The position numbers were made by a program, and so were the translations under genes. A stretch of 64,000 nucleotides of DNA from an uncultured delta proteobacterium. Lineage in GTDB: Bacteria; Myxococcota; Myxococcia; Myxococcales; Myxococcaceae. The notes beneath the pieces are model-generated. The model was not told the origin of the DNA. It searched no databases and saw only the letters and a program-made list of their open reading frames with translations. The stretch spans positions 96,001 to 160,000 of the forward strand of contig CAVYSY010000006.1 in assembly GCA_963771175.1 (NCBI GenBank), read 5' to 3'. Shown here piece after piece: positions 1-10,087 of the stretch. How positions within the stretch are numbered: position 1 is the stretch's first letter; each line of letters opens with the position of its first letter.

Positions 1-989
1 AAGCTCGCGCCTGATGCGCAAGGGCTTCGGCGACCTCTGCGCGGCGGGCCAGCGCGGGGACGATTGCCTGTCGCTGCTCGATGACGTGGTGGGCCTGAGT
101 CAGTGGGACAAGCTGGGAGTGGCCCTGGGCCTGTCGCTCGACCCCTTGAGGGAGAGCATCTCCAGGGCGGTGGAGGACACCCTGGCCCCCCAGCTCTTCT
201 ACACCCTCATCTCCACGGGCCTCATCACCTGGGCCGTCCTGGCGGCCAACCCCGAGCCCGTCTTCACCAAGGCCGCGGCCCTCGTCTCCGCGGTGATGTT
301 GATCTACCTGGGAGTGGAGAACTTCCTGGAGGTGGTGGAGGCGAGCCGGGAGCTGAAGCGGGCCACCGACAAGGCCACCACCGCCCTGGAATTGGAGCGG
401 GCCGGCCGACGCTTCGCCTACCGGGTGGGACCGCAGGTGGCACGCGTCTTCGTCCTGGCGGTGACGGTGGCGGTGAGCCAGGGCATGACCGGGGGCGCCG
501 CGTGGCTGGCGTCGCGGCTGTCGATGCTGCCCCACTTCCCGGAGGCAGCGGCGGTGGGAGCCTCACGGGTGGGTATCCACCTGGCGAACGTGGGACAGGT
601 GAGCGAGGTGGCTGTCGTCGGGAGCACCGTCGTCATTGCCCTGCCCGCCACGGCGGTCGCCATGGTGGCCCGGGGCCAGGGAGCTGGCCAGGACGCGGCC
701 GGTGCGAGCGGGCAGCTCCACCACGTCATCTCCAAGCGCATCGCGGCAAGCGCTCGAGAAGCATCGCACGCTTCGAGGCCATTACACCGCGAGGGATCCA
801 CGGTTCGTCACGCGAGCCGCCGACAAGGCCTCCCACAACGGCTACCAGCGGTGGCACCGCGATGTAGATGACGAAGTCATCGAATGGCTCAAGAGATATG
901 ACGAAGCAACACCCGCGGAGTTCGAGGCCTTCTTGCGGCAGCTCTACAACCGACCCGCGATGCGTGCGAGGTTCCCCAATGGCTTCTGA
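1..989 (+). CDS. Polymorphic toxin, SitA5-like (5' partial), with a C-terminal His-rich putative nuclease domain; one frameshift near 745-760
   Basis: Frame 14..871 gives the hydrophobic escort-like region (LAANPEPVFTK...). It joins frame 636..989 through LHHVISKRIA/ALEKHRTLRGHYTARDPRF...SHNGYQRWH...RFPNGF. The stop overlaps the start of the next gene. Confidence 0.7.
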
Positions 990-1705
990 CGTTCCCTCGC
1001 CCCCCATGCGTTTCTTCGTCCTGAAGAAGCGGAACAAAGGCCAGCACGACACCGAGTACAGCACGGTCAAGCCGAATATCGGTCCCGGGCTGAGCTGTCC
1101 TCAATGCGGGGGCCCCATTGGGATGCTGAGCTGGGAACCCCCGTATCGGGTCGAACTGGAACTCCATGGCAAGGAGTTTGGAGATTTCGTCGAGAGGCGC
1201 TGGCGGCGATCTACTGGTCACCGAGCGCTTCGCCGAAGATTTCAAGGCGGAGGGCCTGACGGGGCTCAGCGGCTTTCACCCGGTCGAGGTGATGCGTGTA
1301 CGCCGCAGGCGTCGTGATCCCAATCCGACTCCACCGCCCAGCTATCTCTTCGTCACCCCGACCTACGGCCCCCCGGCACTGGATGTGGAGCGGAGCCGCT
1401 TCAAGAGCAGCAAGCCCATGAAGCAGTGCACCTGGTGCCGCAAGATCACTCCTGACGCCATCGCCAGCCTCGCCTTGGATGCGGGGACCTGGGGGGGTGA
1501 GGACGTGTTCCGGCCGCGCGGCCTCTGGGGCGTGATCATCGTCTCCGAACGCTTCAAGCGCTTCGCCGAGCGACATGCCATGAGTCACATGACCCTGGTG
1601 CCCATCGAGAATTACGTCTGGGACCCGCTGGGTCTCTATGAAGATGAACATCTCGCAACGGGAGAGCGGTCGCAGGCACCCAGACCCGAAGGCTCGAAGG
1701 AGTAG
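979..1705 (+). CDS. Double-CXXCG-type immunity protein; frameshift near 1195
   Basis: ATG at 979 overlaps the toxin stop. Carries CPQCGG and CTWCR motifs and VIIVSERF. Reconstructed from ORFs 868..1317 and 1166..1705. Confidence 0.65.
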
Positions 1706-1714
1706 AATCGCCCC

Positions 1715-3112
1715 ATGATTCCTCCTCGCATCCCGCTGCCGCACTTCCTGCAGCTGCACCAGTGGGTCGCCCACCCCCTGCGGTTCATGGAGGAGTCGGC
1801 GCGACGCCACGGCGACAGCTTCGTGATGCAGTTCCCCAACGCTCCTCCGTTCCTCTTCACCCGAGACCTGGAGATGATCCGCCAGCTCTTCACCGGGAAG
1901 CCCGAGGACTTCTACGTGGGGCCGGTGAACCGGGTGCTGGAGCCCATGGTGGGGAAGAACTCCCTGCTGCTGCTCGATGACCAGGAGCACATCCGCGAGC
2001 GGCGGATGATGACGCCTCCCTTCCACGGCGAGCGGATGCTGTCCTACGGGCTGTCCATGCGCGAGTCCGCCAGCCGCTCCATCGACCGGTGGCCGCTCGG
2101 CAAGGCCTTCACCCTTCACGAGGTGTTCCAGGACATCACCCTGGACATCATCCTCAAGACGGTCTTCGGCCTCGCCGAGGGGGAGACGTTCGAGCGCTTC
2201 CGGAAGCTGTTCGTGCGGATGCTGAACATGGGCTCGCAGGAGGCCGTGCTGTACCTGAGCGCCCTGCTCCCGGCCGAGCGGATGCTCAAGCTGCTCGCGG
2301 TGGGGAGGGACCCCCTCCAGCTCGGGCCCTGGAAGGCCGATGTGAGCCGGGCCCTGCCGTGGACCCAGCTCAGCCGCCTCATGCGCGAGGTGGACACGTA
2401 CCTCTTCGCGGAGATGGCCCGGCGCCGCGCCGAGGGCCTCGAGAAGCACGAGGACGTCCTGTCGATGCTCATGCAGGCGCGTGACGAGCACGGCCAGCCC
2501 ATGTCCGAACAGGCGCTGCGCGACGAGGCCATCACCCTCCTGGCGGCCGGACACGAGACCACCGCGACCACGCTCGCGTGGGCCTTCCACTTCGTCCTCC
2601 AGCACCCGGAGGTGGAGGAGAAGCTCCGGGCGGAGCTCCACCAGGTGGCGGGAACGGGACCGCTCGCCCCCGAGCAGGTGAACCGCCTGGAGTACCTGGA
2701 CGCGACGTTGAAGGAGACGTTGCGACTGCTGCCCGTCGCCCCCGCCGTGGGCCGGGTGCTGCAGCGGCCGATGAAGGTGGGCGAGTGGGAGCTGCCCGCC
2801 GGCATGGCGGTGATGGCGTGCGCCTACCTCACCCATCGCCGCCCGGACCTGTGGCCGGAGCCCGAGCGTTTCAATCCGGAGCGCTTCGTGGGCAAGCGGC
2901 TCAGCCCCTACGAGTACTTTCCCTTCGGTGGCGGGGCGCGGCGCTGCATCGGCATGGCCTTCGCCAATTACGAGATGCGGATCGTCTTCGCCGAGGTCCT
3001 CCGCCGGGTGAAGCTCCGGGCCGCCACGCCCTACGCGTTCCGGGTGTCGCGGCGAGGGGTCACCCTGGCCCCCAAGGGCGGAGTCCCCGTCATCGTCGAC
3101 TCGCGGAGCTGA
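1715..3112 (+). CDS. Cytochrome P450
   Basis: AGHETT I-helix, ETLR, PERF and the heme motif FGGGARRCIG. Confidence 0.97.
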   Translation: MIPPRIPLPHFLQLHQWVAHPLRFMEESARRHGDSFVMQFPNAPPFLFTRDLEMIRQLFTGKPEDFYVGPVNRVLEPMVGKNSLLLLDDQEHIRERRMMTPPFHGERMLSYGLSMRESASRSIDRWPLGKAFTLHEVFQDITLDIILKTVFGLAEGETFERFRKLFVRMLNMGSQEAVLYLSALLPAERMLKLLAVGRDPLQLGPWKADVSRALPWTQLSRLMREVDTYLFAEMARRRAEGLEKHEDVLSMLMQARDEHGQPMSEQALRDEAITLLAAGHETTATTLAWAFHFVLQHPEVEEKLRAELHQVAGTGPLAPEQVNRLEYLDATLKETLRLLPVAPAVGRVLQRPMKVGEWELPAGMAVMACAYLTHRRPDLWPEPERFNPERFVGKRLSPYEYFPFGGGARRCIGMAFANYEMRIVFAEVLRRVKLRAATPYAFRVSRRGVTLAPKGGVPVIVDSRS

Positions 3113-3163
3113 GCACGACGGGCCTCCCGCTCGCTCCCTCGGAAGCGCCGCTGGAGGCCCGCG

Positions 3164-3589
3164 TCAGGACACCACGAACGTGCCCTCTCCCGTCAGCCTC
3201 ACCTCCGAGTACGCCTCGAGCTGTCGGGTGGTGGGGACGATGAATCCCGGGCCGCGGGTGGTGATGCCCAGGGTTTGAATCTTCACGCGCTGGTCCGTGC
3301 CCGTCAGGAGCGCGTGGGGAATCAGCATGCTGAACTGGATGGACTCGGCATCCGCCGCGTTCGACTGGAGGACGATAGTGACCAGCTTGCCGATGCCCAC
3401 CTCCACCTGACGAATCTCGTCGCCGCGTGCGTTCACCTGACGGTGGCGATCTCGATACTGCATGAGCGGCTCACCGGTGAAGCTGGTCTCCGAGAAGCTC
3501 ACCTGAACATCCCTCCCCCTCAGCTCGAACTGGTTGGGGGAGACGGAAGAAACGGCCGCGCGCTGCTGGGTGGGTTGCACCTGTTCCAT
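3164..3589 (-). CDS. Hypothetical beta-rich protein (141 aa)
   Basis: MEQVQPT...TFVVS preceded by a GAGG-like RBS; protein-like composition. Confidence 0.7.
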   Translation of the reverse strand: MEQVQPTQQRAAVSSVSPNQFELRGRDVQVSFSETSFTGEPLMQYRDRHRQVNARGDEIRQVEVGIGKLVTIVLQSNAADAESIQFSMLIPHALLTGTDQRVKIQTLGITTRGPGFIVPTTRQLEAYSEVRLTGEGTFVVS

Positions 3590-3761
3590 GGCTCTGCCTC
3601 GTCTGTCTGGACGGCGCCCCACCAGGAGCGCCGCGAGTTCGGTCAGACAGAGCCGCTCGCGCGAGACTGTGACATGTTGGCTCGAGAACGACCCACCTCC
3701 TCCCGCCCGTGGCGGGTGGGTGCCTTGCGTACAGGGACAGGCCTCCCCACCTTTCTCCCCA

Positions 3762-4793
3762 ATGGGCGGATGGGGGGCAGCACGGGCAATGGCATTCGTC
3801 GGGGCGCTCTGGGCGCTACCGTCCGGGGCGCAACTCCTGGAGCTGCGCCGCTCGCTCGCTCCGCCTCCCGAGCTGCCCGAGCGCCCCGCGTTCGAGGAGC
3901 TCCTCGTCTCCTTCGCGGACCCGGAGCGCGCCCTGCGGGACGGCTTCACCGTGCCGTCCCTCTCGCTCGCCGTGCGCTCACGGGCCTGGGCGTTCGTGCG
4001 GCCCGACTCGTACGAGCAGCAGGAGGCCTGGAGCGCGCTCTCGCTGCCAGCGCAGGACCTGGTCGTGTCCGACCTCCCGGGGGGAGCTCGCCTCGTCACG
4101 CTCCTGAAGCTCGACCCCGAGGTCGAAGAACTCCGGGTGGGCGACCTCGGTCCGTGGTTGCGGGGGCCCAACGGACCGCTGCGGAAACTCCTGCACTCGA
4201 CGCTCGACAAGTTGCCCGGGCCCAGGAAGGGCGCGGAGGTCGCCGCGGGCGTGGCGGCGCTCGGGCTCATCTACCAGTTCGGCACCGAGCGGGCGCACGG
4301 CCTGGGGCTGTCGCCCGTCCTGCGCGGCACCACGCTCGGGGGCAGCCTCTCCGGCTCCGTCGAGCTGCGCTCCGAGCCCCGCTTGCGGAACGCACGCGTG
4401 GACGTGATGGCGAGCTACCGGCTGCCGGCGGCGCTGCGGCTGCTCACCGGCCCTGTCGAGCAGCTCGAGGTGGGAGGGACGGCCGCGCGCACCGACGAGG
4501 GGCTCCTGCTGGACACGCGGTGGGTGAACCTCCGGGGGCGGGTGTCCTGGCTCGAGCTGCGCGTGGGCGTCCACTCCACCCATGCCGAGCCGTACCTCTG
4601 GATGGACGTGGAGACGCTCGTGCAGCGCGAGCACTTCGGCCTGCGCGCCGTGGTCAGCCGCCAGTGGGGCACCGCGAGCTTCCGCTCCATGGGCACGGCC
4701 ACGCTGCGGACGGGCCCGGTGCTGTCCGGGCTCTTCCTCGGCGTCCAGGGTGCGGGGCGCACCTTCGGCCTGCTCAGCATGGGCACGTTCTGA
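3762..4793 (+). CDS. Hypothetical exported protein, possible outer-membrane beta-barrel C-terminus
   Basis: Signal-like N-terminus (AMAFVGALWALPSGAQ), amphipathic strands and a terminal Phe. Confidence 0.6.
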   Translation: MGGWGAARAMAFVGALWALPSGAQLLELRRSLAPPPELPERPAFEELLVSFADPERALRDGFTVPSLSLAVRSRAWAFVRPDSYEQQEAWSALSLPAQDLVVSDLPGGARLVTLLKLDPEVEELRVGDLGPWLRGPNGPLRKLLHSTLDKLPGPRKGAEVAAGVAALGLIYQFGTERAHGLGLSPVLRGTTLGGSLSGSVELRSEPRLRNARVDVMASYRLPAALRLLTGPVEQLEVGGTAARTDEGLLLDTRWVNLRGRVSWLELRVGVHSTHAEPYLWMDVETLVQREHFGLRAVVSRQWGTASFRSMGTATLRTGPVLSGLFLGVQGAGRTFGLLSMGTF

Positions 4794-4953
4794 GCGACCA
4801 CGTCAGGGAAGGTCTGGGACGGCCTGGTGGTAATGTCTGGCCAGAAAGCCCCCCGGCTCGGGAGAGGACCGGAGGAGGGTCCTACCCCTCGTCCGCCCCC
4901 TCGGTGCCCCGCGTCCCGAGCAGGAGGCCCCCTTCCGCCAGGAGACGGAGACA

Positions 4954-6069
4954 ATGAAGGTCCACGGTCAGCCGATGCGCACCCTCTGGGTCGAGCCCGA
5001 CGGCGCCTCGGTCGGCATCATCGACCAGACGCGCCTGCCGCACGCGTTCGTCACGCCGCGGCTCACGACACTCGACGAGGTGGCCCACGCCATCCGCTCC
5101 ATGCAGGTGCGGGGGGCGCCGCTCATCGGGGCCGCCGCGGCCTACGGCGTGTGCCTCGCCCTGCGCGAGGACGCCTCGGACGGGGCGCTGGAGCGGGCCT
5201 GCGCGCTCCTGCAGGCCACGCGGCCCACGGCGGTGAACCTGCGCTGGGCGCTCGACGAGATGCGCCGCGCGCTGCACCCGGTGGCGCCCTCGGAGCGGGT
5301 GGCCGCTCGCGTACCGGCGCGCGGCGGACCTCTGTGACGAGGACGTGGCCATCAACCGGGCCATCGGCGAGCACGGGCTGCGGCTCATCGAGGAGGCCTG
5401 GGCGCGCAAGGGACGCCAGGGGCGAGTGAACGTGCTCACCCACTGCAACGCGGGCTGGCTGGCCACGGTGGACTGGGGCACGGCGCTCGCGCCGGTGTAC
5501 CAGGCGCACGACAAGGGGATTCCGGTGCACGTCTGGGTGGACGAGACGCGCCCGCGCAACCAGGGCGCGAGCCTCACCGCGTGGGAGCTCGGGCAGCACG
5601 GCGTGCCGCACACCCTCATCGCCGACAACGTGGGCGGCCACCTCATGCAGCACGGCGAGGTGGACCTGTGCCTCGTGGGCACGGACCGCACCACGGCCCG
5701 GGGCGACGTGGCGAACAAGATCGGCACGTACCTCAAGGCGCTGGCGGCGAAGGACAACGGGGTGCCCTTCTACGTGGCGCTGCCCTCGCCCACCATCGAC
5801 TGGACGCTGGAGGACGGGGTGCGCGACATCCCCATCGAGCAGCGCGATGGCCGGGAGCTGACGGACCTCAGCGGGCGGCTGCCGAGCGGCGAGGTGGTGA
5901 CGGTGCGGGTGACGCCGGAGGGGAGCCCGGTGGCCAACTACGGCTTCGACGTGACGCCGGCGCGGCTGGTGACGGCGCTCGTCACCGAGCGCGGGGTGTG
6001 CGCGGCCTCGACCGAGGGGCTGCTGTCGCTCTTCCCCGAGCGCCGGCAGGTGCGGGGACGGGCTCATGA
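4954..6069 (+). CDS. mtnA: S-methyl-5-thioribose-1-phosphate isomerase; frameshifts near 5310 and 6055
   Basis: [47 protein letters not shown] and FDVTP motifs. Confidence 0.93.
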
Positions 6070-6728
6070 GCGCGCCCGGGCACCTCGCGCTGCGCGAGGC
6101 GATGATTGCCACGGCCCGGAGGATGAACGCCTCGGGGCTGAACCAGGGGACGAGCGGCAACCTCAGCCAGCGGGTGGAGGACGGCTTCCTCGTCACGCCG
6201 ACGGGCATGGACTACGACACGATGGTGCCGGAGGACCTCGTGTTGATGCGCTTCGACGGCACCCACGAGGGCCGCCGCGCGCCCTCGTCCGAGTGGCGCT
6301 TCCACCGGGACCTCCTCGCCGCGCGGCCCGAGGTGGGCGCGGTGCTGCACGCGCACTCGATGTTCTGCACGACGCTCGCGTGCCTGCGCCGGGGGATTCC
6401 GTCCTTCCACTACATGGTGGCGATGGCGGGAGGCGCGGACATCCGCTGCGCGCCCTACGCCACGTTCGGCACCGAGGAGCTGTCGCGTCACGCGGTGGCG
6501 GCGCTGGAGGGGCGCAAGGCGTGCCTGCTGGCCAACCACGGGATGCTCGCGCTGGGCGGGAATCTCGCGAGCACCTTCAAGCTGGCGGTGGAGGTGGAGA
6601 CACTGGCGGCCATGTACTGGCGCGCGCTCCAGGTGGGCGAGCCGGTGCTGCTCGACGCGGCGGAGATGGCCGTGGTGCTCGAGAAGTTCAAGACGTACGG
6701 CCAGCAGCCCGAGCCCCGCCTGGCCTGA
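6066..6728 (+). CDS. Class II aldolase (FucA/Ald2-like)
   Basis: [19 protein letters not shown] and LLANHG motifs; ATGA coupling to mtnA. Confidence 0.93.
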   Translation: MSAPGHLALREAMIATARRMNASGLNQGTSGNLSQRVEDGFLVTPTGMDYDTMVPEDLVLMRFDGTHEGRRAPSSEWRFHRDLLAARPEVGAVLHAHSMFCTTLACLRRGIPSFHYMVAMAGGADIRCAPYATFGTEELSRHAVAALEGRKACLLANHGMLALGGNLASTFKLAVEVETLAAMYWRALQVGEPVLLDAAEMAVVLEKFKTYGQQPEPRLA

Positions 6729-6835
6729 CGCGGCGTGCTCCCGCGCCCTCCCTGAACGGCATGGGTCCGAGCCCCCGGACATGTCAGACCCATCCGTTAA
6801 TGTCATCACATCACGACGTAACAGGGAGGCCCTTC

Positions 6836-7519
6836 ATGGCAGGACTCATTGAGTCACCCCACGTCTCGGTGAACAAGCTGGGGCGCTACCTCACGGCGAC
6901 CCCCGCGCTGCGCAAGCGCCTCATCCAGGCGCAGAAGCACCCGCCGGACCCGCAGTACCTGCGCTACCCCGAGGCCGCCCAGGCCATCGCCGACTTCCTG
7001 TGCCGCGGCCAGGACGAGGCGCTCTTGCGCCAGCACCAGCACCGCCTGTCCACCACGGTGTTCGAGGAGGAGTTCGACGCGCACCGCGCCCAGCTCTGCA
7101 TCGAGGCCATCGAGCGCTACCGGGAGCTGCACCCGAGCCTCGGCCTCCAGGGAGTGGTGGCCAGCGAGGTGGGACACGAGCCGCCCGCGCTGCAGGTGGC
7201 CGGGGTGAGCATCCGCGTCTGGCCCCAGGTGGTGCTGCAGTCGGTGGACCGGCATGGCCACCACAAGGTCGGGGTGATGAAGCTGTATTTCTCCAAGCAC
7301 CACCCGCTGGACGAGCGCTCGGGGCAGTACATCGCCACGCTGCTGCAGGCCTTCGCCGAGCAGCACCTGGCGCCGCTGGGGCCGGTGGACCCGAGGCTGG
7401 TGCGCGTGGTGGACGTGTTCGCCGGACGCGAGTACCTCGCGCCCAAGGCCCGGGAGCGCCGCCTGTGCGACGTGCGGCTGGCGTGTGAGGAGATCGCCGC
7501 CCGCTGGCCGGTGCAGTAG
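6836..7519 (+). CDS. Conserved hypothetical protein, possible degenerate PD-(D/E)XK fold
   Basis: GGGAGG RBS then [16 protein letters not shown]...; contains VWPQVVL...GVMKLYFSK. Confidence 0.75.
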   Translation: MAGLIESPHVSVNKLGRYLTATPALRKRLIQAQKHPPDPQYLRYPEAAQAIADFLCRGQDEALLRQHQHRLSTTVFEEEFDAHRAQLCIEAIERYRELHPSLGLQGVVASEVGHEPPALQVAGVSIRVWPQVVLQSVDRHGHHKVGVMKLYFSKHHPLDERSGQYIATLLQAFAEQHLAPLGPVDPRLVRVVDVFAGREYLAPKARERRLCDVRLACEEIAARWPVQ

Positions 7520-7625
7520 AGGACGCTGCCCGCCGGGTGACGCCCGGTGGGGGGCTTCCCTTGTCGTGAGGGGGCCGGGTCGTTAAGACTCAGTCCCTAC
7601 GACATCGACGGGAGGGGCGGCGGCT

Positions 7626-8591
7626 TTGCTGGATGCACTGTGGGAACGGCGGGCGCTGCTCGTCTCGGGCAAGGGTGGAGTCGGCAAGACGACCTTCGCG
7701 GCGGCGCTGGCGCGCGCGGCGGTGGCGCGGGGCCGACGGGTGTTGCTGGCCGAGGTGGAGGTGTCCTCGGATGAGCAGGAGGGCCCCTCGCCCCTGGCCT
7801 CGCTGGTGGGGGCGCGGCAACCCGGCCCCCAGGTCACCGAGGTGGGCGCGGGCCTGTCCTTCGTCCGGCTGTCGCCCATCGAGGGCCAGCGCCTCTTCCT
7901 GCAGGACGTGCTGCCCATCCGGATGATGGCGGACGCGGCCATGCGCATGCGCGCGCTGCGCCGCTTCCTCGAGGCCGCCCCCGCCCTGCGCGAGATGGGC
8001 GTGCTCTACCAGATGCTGCACCTCATCCGGCGCACCCGCCCGGACGGCAGCCCTCTCTATCCGCTGACCATCCTGGACCTGCCGGCCACGGGGCATGCGC
8101 TGGCCCTGGCGGCGCTGCCGGACGCGCTGCTGTCCGTGATGCCCGGGGGGCCCATCGGCCGCTCGGTGCGCGAGGGCATGAATCTGCTGAGGGACCCGGC
8201 CCTCACCGGGGCCCTGCTCGTCACCCTGCCCGAGCCGCTGCCCGTGAGCGAGACGCTGGAATTGGCCACCGCCATCCAGCGCCACCGCATCCCCCTGGCC
8301 GCGGGCGTGCTCAATCGGGTGCCGGAGAATCCCTTCTCGCCGGACGGCCGCGCCGCCGTGGAGCGGCTGCTGGACGAGCACGGGCCGCATCGGGGGCAGC
8401 GGGCGCTCGCGCGGTTGGACCGGGCTCGCAACGCGGAGGCCCGGCTGGCGGGCAACCTCCCCGCCCCGCTCCTCCTCGTGCCCGAGCTGCCCACCACCGG
8501 GAAGGAGCTGGTGGAGCGGCTCGCCACGTACCTCACCCGACCCGCCCCACACGCGTCGCCCGCCCTCGGGCGCGCGGGAGCCCCGTCATGA
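7626..8591 (+). CDS. ArsA/Get3-family ATPase (subunit A)
   Basis: GKGGVGKTT deviant Walker A and DLPATGH. Confidence 0.9.
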   Translation: MLDALWERRALLVSGKGGVGKTTFAAALARAAVARGRRVLLAEVEVSSDEQEGPSPLASLVGARQPGPQVTEVGAGLSFVRLSPIEGQRLFLQDVLPIRMMADAAMRMRALRRFLEAAPALREMGVLYQMLHLIRRTRPDGSPLYPLTILDLPATGHALALAALPDALLSVMPGGPIGRSVREGMNLLRDPALTGALLVTLPEPLPVSETLELATAIQRHRIPLAAGVLNRVPENPFSPDGRAAVERLLDEHGPHRGQRALARLDRARNAEARLAGNLPAPLLLVPELPTTGKELVERLATYLTRPAPHASPALGRAGAPS

Positions 8592-9703
8592 GCCTCCACT
8601 CCCTGCTGCGAGAGAAGCGCGTCCTGGTGCTGTGCGGAGCGGGAGGCGTGGGGAAGACGACGACGGCGGCGGCGCTCGGCGTGGCGGCGGCTCGCGCGGG
8701 CCGCAAGGTGCTGGTGCTCACCATCGACCCGGCGCGGCGGCTCGCCGAGGCCATGGGGCTGACCGAAGGCGGCGCCGAGCCCACGACCATTCCGCCCGAG
8801 CGGCTCTACGAGGGCGGCCAGCCCGGCACCGGCCAACTGGACGTGTGGATGTTGGATCCGCGCGTCGTCTTCGAGCGCTTCGTGAAGCGGCTGTCTCCCA
8901 CGCCGGAGGCGGCGCGCAACATCCTGGAGAACCGCCTCTATCGCTTCCTGTCGGACCTGGTGGCGGGCATGCAGGAGTACGCCGCGGCCGAGGCGCTCGA
9001 CAACTTCCTGGACGAGGGCCGCTACGAGCTCGTCGTGTTGGACACGCCCCCGAGCCGCCACGCGCTGGACTTCCTGGAGGCCCCGGGGCGGCTGGCGCGC
9101 TTCCTGGATGATCGCATCGTCTCGCTCTTCCTCCCGGAGGAGAAGGGGCGCGGGGGGCGGTTGTGGCGCAAGACGTCGCAGCTGCTGGGCAACGTGCTGG
9201 GGAGCATCTTCGGCGAGGGCTTCACCCAGGAGATGCGGACCTTCATGGGGGCTTTCAGCGGGCTGTTCGCCGGCATCCGGATGAGAGCGGATCGGCTGCG
9301 CTCGCGGCTGAGCTCGCCGGACGCGGCCTTCCTGCTGGTGACGTCGCCGGAGGAGGCCTCGCTGGAGGAGGCCTCCTTCTTCCGGGACATGCTGCGCGAG
9401 AAGGGGCTGCCCTTCGCGGGCTACGTGCTCAACCGGAGCTGGGCTCGGGAGGACGGGCTGGCCCACCCCGAGTCGCTCCTGCGGCACGTGGAGGAGCACG
9501 GCGCGGCGCGTGACGGGGTGAAGGCGCTCATCCATCTGGCCGACAACGAGCGTGCGCGCGCCGAGGCCCACCGAGGGCTGCTGGCGCGACTGGCGGAGCG
9601 GCTGCCCGCGGGCGCGGTGGCGGTGGCCGCCCCCGAGGCCGGTGGCGAGCTGGAGGACTTCGGGGGCCTGGTGCGCCTGGGCGAGGCGCTCGCCACCCCG
9701 TGA
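8588..9703 (+). CDS. ArsA/Get3-family ATPase (subunit B)
   Basis: GAGGVGKTT, TIDPARRLA and DTPP motifs; ATGA overlap with the upstream gene. Confidence 0.92.
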   Translation: MSLHSLLREKRVLVLCGAGGVGKTTTAAALGVAAARAGRKVLVLTIDPARRLAEAMGLTEGGAEPTTIPPERLYEGGQPGTGQLDVWMLDPRVVFERFVKRLSPTPEAARNILENRLYRFLSDLVAGMQEYAAAEALDNFLDEGRYELVVLDTPPSRHALDFLEAPGRLARFLDDRIVSLFLPEEKGRGGRLWRKTSQLLGNVLGSIFGEGFTQEMRTFMGAFSGLFAGIRMRADRLRSRLSSPDAAFLLVTSPEEASLEEASFFRDMLREKGLPFAGYVLNRSWAREDGLAHPESLLRHVEEHGAARDGVKALIHLADNERARAEAHRGLLARLAERLPAGAVAVAAPEAGGELEDFGGLVRLGEALATP

Positions 9704-9804
9704 GGCGCTGCCGGGGCCTCCGAAGGAAGTCCTTTCATCCAGGTTGAGGCACGGCATCCGCGCGTCCGAATCGCGGACCTCGCCCCCCGGTCGCGCGGCA
9801 CGCG

Positions 9805-9829
9805 AACTTGTCCACTATGTGTACAAGTT
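9805..9829. repeat. Imperfect 25-bp palindrome AACTTGTCCAC-TAT-GTGTACAAGTT
   Basis: Inverted repeat with one mismatch; resembles the 27-bp palindrome 75 bp downstream. Confidence 0.6.
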
Positions 9830-9879
9830 GCGCGAGAACGCGCCCGAGAGGTCTCCCTCCCCCCGGGCGCGCGGCGCGC

Positions 9880-9906
9880 AAACCTGTCCGACTGTCGGAC
9901 AGGTTT
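9880..9906. repeat. 27-bp palindrome AAACCTGTCCGAC-T-GTCGGACAGGTTT (copy 1)
   Basis: Perfect 13-bp arms; identical copy at 43180-43206. Confidence 0.9.
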
Positions 9907-10087
9907 TTCAAAAACGCGCCCGGGAGGTCCTCCCCGCCGTGTACTTCGGGGCAGCACCGATGTCTGGAGGTGGGCACTCAGGAGGAGCGAGCGTGCCCGC
10001 GGTCGGACAGCAGGGCAGAGGGGCTCCCGGGCCCCCCTTGGAGACAGCCGCCGCCGTGTCGAGCCTTCGACATAGGAGGTCTGATCC

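Noticed and set aside
5300..5345. Programmed frameshift in mtnA (and other genes)
   Set aside because: No slippery heptamer is evident, and indels are widespread in the window.
5345..7519. 724-aa MtnA fusion ORF
   Set aside because: Read-through caused by an indel near 6055; the middle overlaps the aldolase in another frame, and the downstream gene has its own RBS.
7626..9703. Arsenic resistance operon
   Set aside because: No arsB/acr3, arsC, arsR or arsD, and no evident metalloid-binding Cys set.
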